A stretch of DNA of 64,000 bases from an uncultured Actinomycetes bacterium (GCA_963843705.1 CAWJLQ010000005.1:668552-732551); one strand, 5' to 3'. Numbered from the stretch's first letter, positions 1 to 7,925 are shown. Made by a program: numbers and translations. Notes: generated from the sequence alone by a model not told the origin.

Positions 1-468
1 GACGAACCCGATCAGCGGGGTGAGCAGCATGCCGGCGTTGGGGGAGAGGCCGAACGCCATGGACACGATCAGCGGCGCGACCCCATACACGCCCGCCCGC
101 ACCGACACCCACATGATCTCCGCGGTGATCAGCTCCTCCACGTCCACCGGCGCCGCCAGCATCGCGTCGTAGGTGCGCTGGAACTTCCACCGGATGAAGG
201 TGTTGAACATGCCGGGGAACGCGGACGAGAAGAGCACGGCCGTCGCCACGACCCCGGTGCCCACGTACTCGACGTAGCGCACGTGGCCGACGTGCGAGAC
301 GAGCGAGCCGAACCCGAGCCCGAACGCCAGCAGGTAGATCGTCGGCTGCACCACCGAGGAGAACGTGGTCGCCTTCCAGTAGCGGCCGAAGAGCACGATG
401 TCGCGGCTCATCACGCCCGCGAGCGCCGCTGGCTCCAGCCGCCGCACGCGATGCACGGGTGCGGTCAC
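1..468 (-). CDS. ABC-2 type exporter permease (NodJ/DrrB-like), N-terminal part; gene continues past the left edge
   Basis: Minus-strand translation from GTG at 466-468 gives VTAPVHRVRRLEPAALAGVMSRDIVLFGRYWKATTFSSVVQPTIYLLAFGLGFGSLV..., which is hydrophobic. GTGA start/stop overlap with the upstream ATPase gene. Confidence 0.7.
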   Translation of the reverse strand, partial: MTAPVHRVRRLEPAALAGVMSRDIVLFGRYWKATTFSSVVQPTIYLLAFGLGFGSLVSHVGHVRYVEYVGTGVVATAVLFSSAFPGMFNTFIRWKFQRTYDAMLAAPVDVEELITAEIMWVSVRAGVYGVAPLIVSMAFGLSPNAGMLLTPLIGFV

Positions 469-1370
469 TCGATCGCCTCTCCGGTCAGCATGACGAACGC
501 GTCCTCGAGGTTCGCCGGCCTGCGGACGCCCTCGGGCGCGTCGCCGTCGATCCGCTCGGCCCGGACGATGACGACGGCCGGGCCGCTGCGGCGTGTGCGC
601 CAGCCCTGCCGCTGCGCCAACTCGGCGACCGAGTCCAGGTGGGCGGCCGGCCCGTACACCTCCAGCGCCTCCTCGCCCGCCTCGGCACGCACGACCTCGT
701 CGGGGCGGCCGAGCGCGACCACCTTGCCGTGCGACATCACGGCGACGGTGTCGGCCAGCCGCTCGGCCTCCTCGATGTAGTGCGTCGACATCAGCACCGT
801 CACGCCGGAGCCGCGCAGCCGGTCGATCAGGCCCCAGAGCTCCTGCCGCACCTGCGGGTCGAGCCCGACCGTCGGCTCGTCGAGCAGCACGAGCCGCGGC
901 TGGTGGATCAGGCCGCGGGCGATCAGCAACCGCCGCCGCATCCCGCCCGAGAGCTCGGAGACGCGGGTGTCGGCGCGCGCGACGAGGTTCGCGATCCCGA
1001 GCGCCCGGTCGACCGCGGCCCGCCGCTCGTGGCGGGGGACGCGGTAGAGGCGGGCGAAGACGCCCAGGGTCTGGCGGGCCGTCAGCTCGACGTCGAGGTT
1101 GTCGAGCTGGGGGACGACCCCCATCTCCGTGCGGGCCTGCTTGGAGCCGCGCGGAAGCTCGTATCCGAGCACCCGGATCTCTCCGGCGTCGGGCAGGGCC
1201 TGTCCGGTCAGCATGCGCATCGTGGTCGACTTGCCGGCGCCGTTCGGGCCGAGGAGCCCAAAGCAGACGCCGGCTGGCACCTCCAGGTCGAGCCCGTCCA
1301 CCGCCGTCACCGAGCCGAAGCGCTTGATCACCCCGCGCAGGGAGATCGCACTCGCGGGTGGAGCATCCAT
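465..1370 (-). CDS. ABC transporter ATP-binding protein (DrrA/NodI-like, partner of the ABC-2 permease)
   Basis: Walker A GPNGAGKST, signature LSGGMRRR, Walker B LVLLDEPT. Internal ATG at 1370 (MDAPPASAISLRGV) chosen inside ORF 465..1724; the longer N-terminus is Arg/Gly-rich shadow sequence. Confidence 0.9.
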   Translation of the reverse strand: MDAPPASAISLRGVIKRFGSVTAVDGLDLEVPAGVCFGLLGPNGAGKSTTMRMLTGQALPDAGEIRVLGYELPRGSKQARTEMGVVPQLDNLDVELTARQTLGVFARLYRVPRHERRAAVDRALGIANLVARADTRVSELSGGMRRRLLIARGLIHQPRLVLLDEPTVGLDPQVRQELWGLIDRLRGSGVTVLMSTHYIEEAERLADTVAVMSHGKVVALGRPDEVVRAEAGEEALEVYGPAAHLDSVAELAQRQGWRTRRSGPAVVIVRAERIDGDAPEGVRRPANLEDAFVMLTGEAIE

Positions 1371-1393
1371 CCGCTGCCGAGTATACGAAAGCC

Positions 1394-1427
1394 GCCGTCC
1401 CGTCCGGCCGGAGCCGGACGGGACGGC
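1394..1427 (-). terminator. Strong GC hairpin downstream of the second binding-protein gene (candidate intrinsic terminator)
   Basis: Arms (G)CCGTCCCGTCCGGC and GCCGGACGGGACGG(C), 14-15 bp perfect stem with 4-nt loop. On the minus strand it is followed by GGCTTTCGTAT, a weak T-tract. Confidence 0.45.
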
Positions 1428-1444
1428 CGCCTCGCCGCGCGGTG

Positions 1445-2596
1445 CTAGCTGATGCCTGCTGCTGTGCAGGCTTGCTGGAGCGCTGCTCCGGCGCACAGCT
1501 GGTTGACCTGGACGGCGCCGTCCTTCACGACCGTTGAGGCCATGTTTTGGACGGTCACCCAGCGCGGGACGGTGTACACCGACGCGATCTGCTTGTGCAG
1601 CGTCGAGTCCATCGTCTGCGCGTTCACCAGCGTCGACGGCGGTGTCATGCCGGCGCGCAGGTACAGCGCCAGCGCGGCCGCGGCCTGCGCCTCCTCGTAG
1701 ATGGGCTTGTACACCGTGCCGCACTGGTAGCCCTTGAGGATGTTCTGCAGACCCGACGGCGACGCGTCCTGACCTGTGGTCGGGAACGTCTTGGGCGGGA
1801 TCTTGTCCTTCTGCAACACCGAGATCACCGCGTTGGCGTTGTCGTCGTTGGGCGTCACCACCGCATTGATGTTCTTATGCGCGGTGAACTGCTGCTCAAA
1901 CGTGGTCGCAGCAGTCGGCGGATCCCACGTCCCCGCCGGCTCGCCCACCTTCACATAGCTGCCGTCAGCGAAATGCGGAGCCAACACACCGTTATACCCC
2001 TGCGCGAACAGCTTCGCGTTGTTATCCGTCGGATCGCCATCCATGATCAGGATATTCGGCTTCTTCACACCCCACGCCTGGATGCAGCTGACCTCACCCT
2101 GACCAATCAACTGACCCACCTGCACATTATTGAAACTCACGTAATACCGATCCGCCGGACCACCCGTCACCAGACGGTCATAATCAATCACCTTCACACC
2201 CTTCGACTCCGCGTTCGACTCGATCGCCGCACCCGAACCCGGATCAAGCGGATCAACCAAAAGCACCGACGCACCCGCAGTGATATCCGCCTCAGCCTGC
2301 TGCTGCATCGTGCTCGCGCTGCCCTGAGCGTTATCGATCTTGAACTGGTTCGACTTCAAACCAGCAGCCTCAAACGCCTTCTTCAAATACGGCGCATCAA
2401 ACTCCACATACCGCGCCGACGACGTCGTATCAGGAAGCAACACACCAACCATGCCCTTCCCCTCAGACGCCAACCCCTTCAACTGCCCCATCACCGAAAA
2501 ATCAACCGTGAAATCCGACGCCGACACACTCGGCACCGACACACCCGACGACCCACCACCACTCGACCCACCACCCGACGAACCACCACAACCGGC
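1445..2596. repeat. Direct repeat copy A (1,152 bp, identical to 4994-6145)
   Basis: All three forward-frame ORF translations are identical between the two copies (for example 1452..1700 vs 5001..5249). The ends were compared base by base; the offset is 3549. Confidence 0.9.
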
Positions 2597-2677
2597 GGCC
2601 ACCGCCACCAGGCCGATGATCGCCAGGCCGACCGCCAGCGGTGCCCTATGGGTCATCCGCCGCAACTCGTTGCGCAT
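1445..2677 (-). CDS. Sugar-binding lipoprotein, periplasmic-binding-protein family 1 (XylF/RbsB-like), copy 1
   Basis: ORF 1445..2710. Start set at ATG 2677 (MRNELRR), preceded by GGAAAGGAACGGAG. Signal peptide plus lipobox VAAGC, GGSS linker, then typical PBP-1 sugar-binding sequence (VLLPDTTSSARYVEFD..., VIDYDRL...). Confidence 0.85.
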   Translation of the reverse strand: MRNELRRMTHRAPLAVGLAIIGLVAVAAGCGGSSGGGSSGGGSSGVSVPSVSASDFTVDFSVMGQLKGLASEGKGMVGVLLPDTTSSARYVEFDAPYLKKAFEAAGLKSNQFKIDNAQGSASTMQQQAEADITAGASVLLVDPLDPGSGAAIESNAESKGVKVIDYDRLVTGGPADRYYVSFNNVQVGQLIGQGEVSCIQAWGVKKPNILIMDGDPTDNNAKLFAQGYNGVLAPHFADGSYVKVGEPAGTWDPPTAATTFEQQFTAHKNINAVVTPNDDNANAVISVLQKDKIPPKTFPTTGQDASPSGLQNILKGYQCGTVYKPIYEEAQAAAALALYLRAGMTPPSTLVNAQTMDSTLHKQIASVYTVPRWVTVQNMASTVVKDGAVQVNQLCAGAALQQACTAAGIS

Positions 2678-2707
2678 CTCCGTTCCTTTCCCTCGGCGTA
2701 TCGCGAA

Positions 2708-2727
2708 CACGGCATCGCCGTTCGGCC
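2708..2727. repeat. 20-nt direct repeat, copy 1, in the permease/binding-protein spacer
   Basis: CACGGCATCGCCGTTCGGCC versus CACGGCATCGGCGTTCGCCC at 2769-2788 (18/20 identical, 61 nt apart). Confidence 0.6.
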
Positions 2728-2768
2728 GTAAGGCGACCTCCCGGAGAGGCTACGGCCACGCCCAGCTG

Positions 2769-2788
2769 CACGGCATCGGCGTTCGCCC
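2769..2788. repeat. 20-nt direct repeat, copy 2
   Basis: See 2708-2727. Contains GCAC-N5-CGGCGTTCG, which is also present in the repeat elements at 42263 and 53568. Confidence 0.6.
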
Positions 2789-2816
2789 CAATACGGAATC
2801 GGTAGTTCCTACGCGG

Positions 2817-4115
2817 TCACGTGCCACTGATGCGCCCACGGTGCGAGAGCGCATCGATGGTCACGGCCGCCAGAAGCACGAACGCCGTGACCATGTACTT
2901 CGTCGCGGCCGGATAGCCGAGCAGACCCATGCCGTTGTCGATCGAGGCGATGACGATCCCGCCCAGCACGCCGTGGATGGCCTTGCCGCGCCCGCCCATG
3001 AGGCTCGTGCCGCCGATGACCGCAGCGGCGATCCCGTACAGAACCAGCGTGCCGCCGTCGACCGTGGTCGAGATCGAGCGCAGGCGCGAGGTGTAGACGA
3101 TGCCGGCGATGCCCGCGGTGAGCGAGGTCAAGACGAACGCCGAGGTGCGCACCCAGATCAGGTTGATGCCCGCGCGGCGGGCGGCCTCGGCACTGCCGCC
3201 GATGGCGTAGAGATAGCGGCCCAGCTTCGTGCGGCCGAGCAGGAACGACCAGACCGTCACGACGCCCAGCACGAGCAGGACGACGTAGGGCACGCCCGAG
3301 ATCGGCTCCAGGATGCCGCGGTTCGTGTTGCACAGGAGGACGAGCGCGAGCCCCGCGGCCAACGCCGCCGCGACCTTGAGCAGCGTCACGCTCGGCGGCG
3401 GCGCCACCAAGCCCGCCGCCCGGCGTTTGGCGTCGCGCCTCCAGGAGATCGCCCCGAACACCGCCACCGCCACGAGCATCACCGCCCAGCCGACGGTGTT
3501 CGACAGGTTCGAGCTCGTGAGGTCGTTGATGACCGACTCGTTGATCGGGAAGGTGCCGCCGTTGCCGAGGATGCGCAGCATCACCCCCTGCCAGAACAGG
3601 AAGCCGGCCAGCGTGACGACGAACGACGGGAGCCCGATCCGGGTGATGATCGTGCCCTGGATGAAGCCGATCCCCGCGCAGACGACGAGCGCAGCGAGGA
3701 CCGCGAGCCACCATGGCCAGCCGTAGTTCGGCCCGACGGTGTCGGCCATCACGACGCCTCCCATCGCGGCGACGAACCCGACCGACAGGTCGATCTCGCC
3801 GAGGAGCAGCACGAACACCTCGCCCATGCCGAGCAGGCAGTAGACGGCCCCCTGGATGAGCAGGTTCACCAGATTCTGCGCCGTCAGGAAGTTCGAGTTG
3901 AGCGACTGGAAGAGGATCGAGATCAGGACCAGCCCGCCGACCACGGGCAGAACGCCGCTCTCGCCCGCCTTGATCCGGGCGAGCGATCCGCGCACGTAGT
4001 CGCCCACCGACGCGGCGGCGATGTCCGCGGGGACGGCCAGCTCGGAGCTACGCGCCGCCTCGCCGGTCAGCTGGCCCTCGGGGCTGCCCGGACCCGGCTC
4101 GTCGACCTTGGACAT
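2817..4115 (-). CDS. Sugar ABC transporter permease (XylH/RbsC type)
   Basis: 432-aa multi-TM ORF with typical BPD_transp_2 sequence (FLTAQNLVNLLIQGAVYCLLGMGEVFVLLLGEIDLSVG..., YAIGGSAEAARRAGINL). Confidence 0.9.
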   Translation of the reverse strand: MSKVDEPGPGSPEGQLTGEAARSSELAVPADIAAASVGDYVRGSLARIKAGESGVLPVVGGLVLISILFQSLNSNFLTAQNLVNLLIQGAVYCLLGMGEVFVLLLGEIDLSVGFVAAMGGVVMADTVGPNYGWPWWLAVLAALVVCAGIGFIQGTIITRIGLPSFVVTLAGFLFWQGVMLRILGNGGTFPINESVINDLTSSNLSNTVGWAVMLVAVAVFGAISWRRDAKRRAAGLVAPPPSVTLLKVAAALAAGLALVLLCNTNRGILEPISGVPYVVLLVLGVVTVWSFLLGRTKLGRYLYAIGGSAEAARRAGINLIWVRTSAFVLTSLTAGIAGIVYTSRLRSISTTVDGGTLVLYGIAAAVIGGTSLMGGRGKAIHGVLGGIVIASIDNGMGLLGYPAATKYMVTAFVLLAAVTIDALSHRGRISGT

Positions 4116-4118
4116 CGG

Positions 4119-4925
4119 CTACGGCTCCTCTCCGGACGTGCGCTCGCGGGTCGACCTGCCCGTCGTCATCAGGTCGACGGCGATCTGCGGGTCCATCTCG
4201 GCAGCCGGCCGCACCGCCACCATCCGCCCCAGGCGCAGGACGGCAATGCGGTCGGCCACCTCGAACACGTCGTTCATGTTGTGGGAGATGATCAGCGCGG
4301 CCAGGCCGCGGTCGGCAAGGCGGCGGACGAGGTCGAGCACCATCCGCGTCTGGGCAACGCCGAGCGCGGCTGTCGGCTCGTCCATGATCACGAGCTTCGA
4401 GTTCCAGAGCACAGCCTTCGCGATCGCGACCGACTGGCGCTGGCCGCCCGACAGGGACGCCACCGGCTGGCGGATCGAGCGCACGGTCGTGACCGCGAGG
4501 CTCGTGAGCGTCTCCCGCGCCTCGGTCTCCATCTTCTCCTCGTCCATGACGATGCCCCGCATGCGCTCGCGGCCGAGAAACATGTTCTGGACGATGTCGA
4601 GGTTGTTCGCGAGCGCGAGATCCTGATAGACGGTCTCGATTCCGAGCGCGGCCGCATCACGCGGAGTGCGGATGCGGACCGGATTGCCCTCCCACAGCAC
4701 CTCGCCGTGATCGGGTGCGTGGATGCCGGCGATGCACTTGATGGTCACGGACTTGCCGGCGCCGTTGTCGCCGATCAGGGCCGTCACCTCGCCGGCGCGG
4801 ACGTCCATGTCGACATCGGTGAGAGCCTGGACGGCGCCGAAGCTCTTCGACACGCCGCGCAGGCGCAGAACCGGTTCCGAGCCGGTCCCGGAGCCTGTCC
4901 CCTCGTGGGTGGTCGTCTCAGCCAT
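4119..4925 (-). CDS. Sugar ABC transporter ATP-binding protein (single nucleotide-binding domain)
   Basis: Walker A GDNGAGKS, signature LSGGQRQ, Walker B LVIMDEPT. Only 3 nt separate it from the permease gene. Confidence 0.9.
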   Translation of the reverse strand: MAETTTHEGTGSGTGSEPVLRLRGVSKSFGAVQALTDVDMDVRAGEVTALIGDNGAGKSVTIKCIAGIHAPDHGEVLWEGNPVRIRTPRDAAALGIETVYQDLALANNLDIVQNMFLGRERMRGIVMDEEKMETEARETLTSLAVTTVRSIRQPVASLSGGQRQSVAIAKAVLWNSKLVIMDEPTAALGVAQTRMVLDLVRRLADRGLAALIISHNMNDVFEVADRIAVLRLGRMVAVRPAAEMDPQIAVDLMTTGRSTRERTSGEEP

Positions 4926-4951
4926 CTGTCACGCTCGGCGGTTGTGGCGGT

Positions 4952-4984
4952 GCGCCGGGCCGCCCGCTGGGAGCGGCCCGGCGC
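4952..4984 (-). promoter_or_regulatory. Intercistronic stem-loop between binding-protein copy 2 and the ATPase gene
   Basis: GCGCCGGGCCGC ... GCGGCCCGGCGC, a perfect 12-bp stem with 9-nt loop and no T-tract. This is the usual position for mRNA-stabilising or attenuating hairpins in ABC operons. Confidence 0.5.
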
Positions 4985-4993
4985 ATTCTGCCA

Positions 4994-6145
4994 CTAGCTG
5001 ATGCCTGCTGCTGTGCAGGCTTGCTGGAGCGCTGCTCCGGCGCACAGCTGGTTGACCTGGACGGCGCCGTCCTTCACGACCGTTGAGGCCATGTTTTGGA
5101 CGGTCACCCAGCGCGGGACGGTGTACACCGACGCGATCTGCTTGTGCAGCGTCGAGTCCATCGTCTGCGCGTTCACCAGCGTCGACGGCGGTGTCATGCC
5201 GGCGCGCAGGTACAGCGCCAGCGCGGCCGCGGCCTGCGCCTCCTCGTAGATGGGCTTGTACACCGTGCCGCACTGGTAGCCCTTGAGGATGTTCTGCAGA
5301 CCCGACGGCGACGCGTCCTGACCTGTGGTCGGGAACGTCTTGGGCGGGATCTTGTCCTTCTGCAACACCGAGATCACCGCGTTGGCGTTGTCGTCGTTGG
5401 GCGTCACCACCGCATTGATGTTCTTATGCGCGGTGAACTGCTGCTCAAACGTGGTCGCAGCAGTCGGCGGATCCCACGTCCCCGCCGGCTCGCCCACCTT
5501 CACATAGCTGCCGTCAGCGAAATGCGGAGCCAACACACCGTTATACCCCTGCGCGAACAGCTTCGCGTTGTTATCCGTCGGATCGCCATCCATGATCAGG
5601 ATATTCGGCTTCTTCACACCCCACGCCTGGATGCAGCTGACCTCACCCTGACCAATCAACTGACCCACCTGCACATTATTGAAACTCACGTAATACCGAT
5701 CCGCCGGACCACCCGTCACCAGACGGTCATAATCAATCACCTTCACACCCTTCGACTCCGCGTTCGACTCGATCGCCGCACCCGAACCCGGATCAAGCGG
5801 ATCAACCAAAAGCACCGACGCACCCGCAGTGATATCCGCCTCAGCCTGCTGCTGCATCGTGCTCGCGCTGCCCTGAGCGTTATCGATCTTGAACTGGTTC
5901 GACTTCAAACCAGCAGCCTCAAACGCCTTCTTCAAATACGGCGCATCAAACTCCACATACCGCGCCGACGACGTCGTATCAGGAAGCAACACACCAACCA
6001 TGCCCTTCCCCTCAGACGCCAACCCCTTCAACTGCCCCATCACCGAAAAATCAACCGTGAAATCCGACGCCGACACACTCGGCACCGACACACCCGACGA
6101 CCCACCACCACTCGACCCACCACCCGACGAACCACCACAACCGGC
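4994..6145. repeat. Direct repeat copy B (1,152 bp, identical to 1445-2596)
   Basis: See copy A. Confidence 0.9.
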
Positions 6146-6208
6146 CAGAGCCAGAACCACCAGCACCACCACGCAACCAATGGCGACGCGGCTCGACACA
6201 ATCCTCAT
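4994..6208 (-). CDS. Sugar-binding lipoprotein (XylF/RbsB-like), copy 2; mature part identical to copy 1
   Basis: ORF 4994..6307. Start set at ATG 6208 (MRIVSSRVAIGC...), preceded by GGGAGGAG. Lipobox LAGC. From A-G-C onward it is identical to 1445..2596. Confidence 0.85.
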   Translation of the reverse strand: MRIVSSRVAIGCVVVLVVLALAGCGGSSGGGSSGGGSSGVSVPSVSASDFTVDFSVMGQLKGLASEGKGMVGVLLPDTTSSARYVEFDAPYLKKAFEAAGLKSNQFKIDNAQGSASTMQQQAEADITAGASVLLVDPLDPGSGAAIESNAESKGVKVIDYDRLVTGGPADRYYVSFNNVQVGQLIGQGEVSCIQAWGVKKPNILIMDGDPTDNNAKLFAQGYNGVLAPHFADGSYVKVGEPAGTWDPPTAATTFEQQFTAHKNINAVVTPNDDNANAVISVLQKDKIPPKTFPTTGQDASPSGLQNILKGYQCGTVYKPIYEEAQAAAALALYLRAGMTPPSTLVNAQTMDSTLHKQIASVYTVPRWVTVQNMASTVVKDGAVQVNQLCAGAALQQACTAAGIS

Positions 6209-6278
6209 CTCGAGTCTCCTCCCACCCGATCGAGTCCCGGCGCACCATATTCGTCCACCACCCAGCGCCGCCGAGGGA

Positions 6279-6306
6279 GGATATACCTGCCCTGGTTGGA
6301 AGGGCA
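6279..6306 (-). promoter_or_regulatory. Candidate promoter for binding-protein copy 2, overlapped by a 6-bp inverted repeat
   Basis: Minus strand reads TTGCCC - 16 nt - TATATC. The inverted repeat TGCCCT-N7-AGGGCA (6287-6305) overlaps the -35 and the spacer. Confidence 0.3.
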
Positions 6307-6357
6307 AGTGATCGAATCATTTGCGTCACCTGCGACGACGCATCCGCGGGGCGCGGC

Positions 6358-6783
6358 TCAGGCGGCGAGCTCGATGCCCGAGAGGAGGCCGTCCGGGTTC
6401 AGCAGGATCGGCAGCCGGCCGTCCAGCTTGGCGACACCGTCCACGTAGTCGCTGTCGGCGGTGCCGACGCGCTCGATCTGGTCGCACGCGATCGTCAGGA
6501 CCTCCTCGACGCTGTCGACGACGACCCCGGCGGTCCCGCCCTGCGTCTCGATGACGGCGATCTTGGCCGTGCCGGCGTGGGTGTGGGTCACGCCGAGCCG
6601 CATGGCGAGGTCGCACACCGGCACGATCCGCCCGCGCAGGTTGATGACACCGCGGATCCACGGCGACGACGACGCCACGCTGCGCGGCTGGGCGTAGCGG
6701 ATGATCTCCTGAACGCGGGTGATGGGCAGGGCGTACTCCTCCCCAGCGAGGGAGAAGATGACGAGCTGCTGGGTGTCGCTCAT
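6358..6783 (-). CDS. cheW: Chemotaxis coupling protein CheW
   Basis: MSDTQQLVIFSLAGEEYALPITRVQEIIRY...IRGVINLRGRIVPVCDL... is a typical CheW domain. ATG 6783 chosen inside ORF 6358..6849, with AGGAG upstream. Confidence 0.85.
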   Translation of the reverse strand: MSDTQQLVIFSLAGEEYALPITRVQEIIRYAQPRSVASSSPWIRGVINLRGRIVPVCDLAMRLGVTHTHAGTAKIAVIETQGGTAGVVVDSVEEVLTIACDQIERVGTADSDYVDGVAKLDGRLPILLNPDGLLSGIELAA

Positions 6784-6899
6784 GACGTCGGGCTCCTGGG
6801 TGCGGTTCGGGAACTGGCGCAGCCGGGTGATCGGCGCGCCCACGCCCAAGATTCGGATCCTGGACGCGGATACGAGGTTCCGGGGACGCCCGCCCTACG

Positions 6900-7925
6900 T
6901 CAAACCGGCGACGAGCCGGCGTCGGCATGGTGACCGCCGACGCCCAGCCGGTCGAGCAGCGCCTCGACGGCGCCGAACTGGGGCACGAAGAGGAAGGCGA
7001 AGCTCGCGTCCGAGGACTCCACGGTCATGACCGAGCGCATGAGCACGGTCGGGTCTGCGGCGCGGCTGGCGGCCAGGCTGCGCGAGACCAGCGCGCCCAG
7101 CAGGTCGACCTCGATCGAGGGCGGCTGGGGGTCGAGGTCGAGTCCGGTCATCTCCACGACGGCATTCAGATACGAGCTGGCGAGGATGTTCCCGACTTCA
7201 CGCAGCGCCGAGCGGCCCATCTCGTCGTCGAGGCTGGTGCCGAAGAGCTCGCAGAGCTGCTCGGCGGCCCCGTCCGGGAACAGGAGCAGCACCTTGCCGC
7301 CCTCGTCGGCCACCGGCGTGTCCACGACCGCCGACGGGGCGGCCGCCGCACCGACCTTGTCCGCGGCCTCGGCGAGCGTCGCCAGCAGCGCCTCCGCGTA
7401 GCCGATCTCGACCGGCTTGCCGAGCAGCTGGGAGAGCGCCGTGGCCGCGTTCCCCGACCCGATGTTCGCGATCTCGAGCAGGGCGCTCCGCTGCAGCTCG
7501 CTGAAGCCGAACACGCCCGGCCCGGCCGGCGTCCAGGCGCCGGCTATCACGCCGGGCTCGAGCACTGGCACGACCTCGCCGTCCGCCGTCAGGACGACGC
7601 CGCTGGTGCCGGCGCCGCGCGCGGCGTCGGGGATCTCCTGCCGCTCGAGCACGAGCTGGCCGACGAGCTCATCGACCGCGAAGACCCGCCGCCGCCCCCC
7701 GGCCCAGACGACGACTCCGGCGTGGGGATCGCTGCCCGGCACTCCCAGCCGGTCGGCGAGCGCCACCACCTCGAGGGCGTCGCCGCGGAACACCACGACC
7801 CGCGACCCTGCCACCTCGTGGACGCGCTGCCCGCCGAACGCGAACGTCTGCTCGACGCTCCCCATCGGGAGCGCCCACGGCAGCCCGGCCGCCCTGACGA
7901 CCAGTACATGGATCGACTCGCTCAT
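6900..7925 (-). CDS. CheW-like domain fused to a CheC-like phosphatase domain
   Basis: The N-terminal ~130 aa are CheW-like (HVLVVRAAGLPWALPMGSVEQT...VFAVDELVGQ). The C-terminal ~200 aa carry two CheC-type S-x3-E-x2-N motifs (SALLEIANIGSGNAATALSQLL and SALREVGNILASSYLNAV...P). Confidence 0.75.
   Translation of the reverse strand: MSESIHVLVVRAAGLPWALPMGSVEQTFAFGGQRVHEVAGSRVVVFRGDALEVVALADRLGVPGSDPHAGVVVWAGGRRRVFAVDELVGQLVLERQEIPDAARGAGTSGVVLTADGEVVPVLEPGVIAGAWTPAGPGVFGFSELQRSALLEIANIGSGNAATALSQLLGKPVEIGYAEALLATLAEAADKVGAAAAPSAVVDTPVADEGGKVLLLFPDGAAEQLCELFGTSLDDEMGRSALREVGNILASSYLNAVVEMTGLDLDPQPPSIEVDLLGALVSRSLAASRAADPTVLMRSVMTVESSDASFAFLFVPQFGAVEALLDRLGVGGHHADAGSSPV

Noticed and set aside
1371-1390. 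TATACT 9 nt upstream of the ABC-2 ATPase start as a leaderless promoter.
   Set aside because: There is no acceptable -35 because the region is occupied by the terminator hairpin. The evidence is insufficient.
2525-2596. Short tandem nucleotide repeats (ccaccaccactcgacccaccacccgacgaaccaccaca; also 6074-6145, about 26550-26590 and about 63790-63845), considered as CRISPR/VNTR-like.
   Set aside because: They encode the GGSSGGGSS linkers that follow the lipobox Cys of binding lipoproteins. There are no spacers and no regular repeat-spacer architecture.
2340-4997. Very long ORFs on the strand or frame opposite the annotated genes: 2340..4997 (+), the first 2.3 kb of 6927..10388 (+), 9237..11009 (-), 12304..14769 (-), 14817..16895 (-), 16871..18448 (-), 58826..60964 (+) and 62579-region shadows.
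   Set aside because: Their translations are Arg/Pro/Gly/Ala-rich low-complexity strings with no motifs. They overlap genes with clear family signatures. Stop-free shadow frames are expected at about 70% GC.
4929-5273. Identical 'proteins' MRHGVQAHLRGGAGRGRAG... at 4929..5273 (-) and at the N-terminus of ORF 465..1724 (-), which at first looked like a duplicated small gene.
   Set aside because: They are off-frame readings of the duplicated binding-protein segment, so the identity simply reflects the 1,152-bp repeat.
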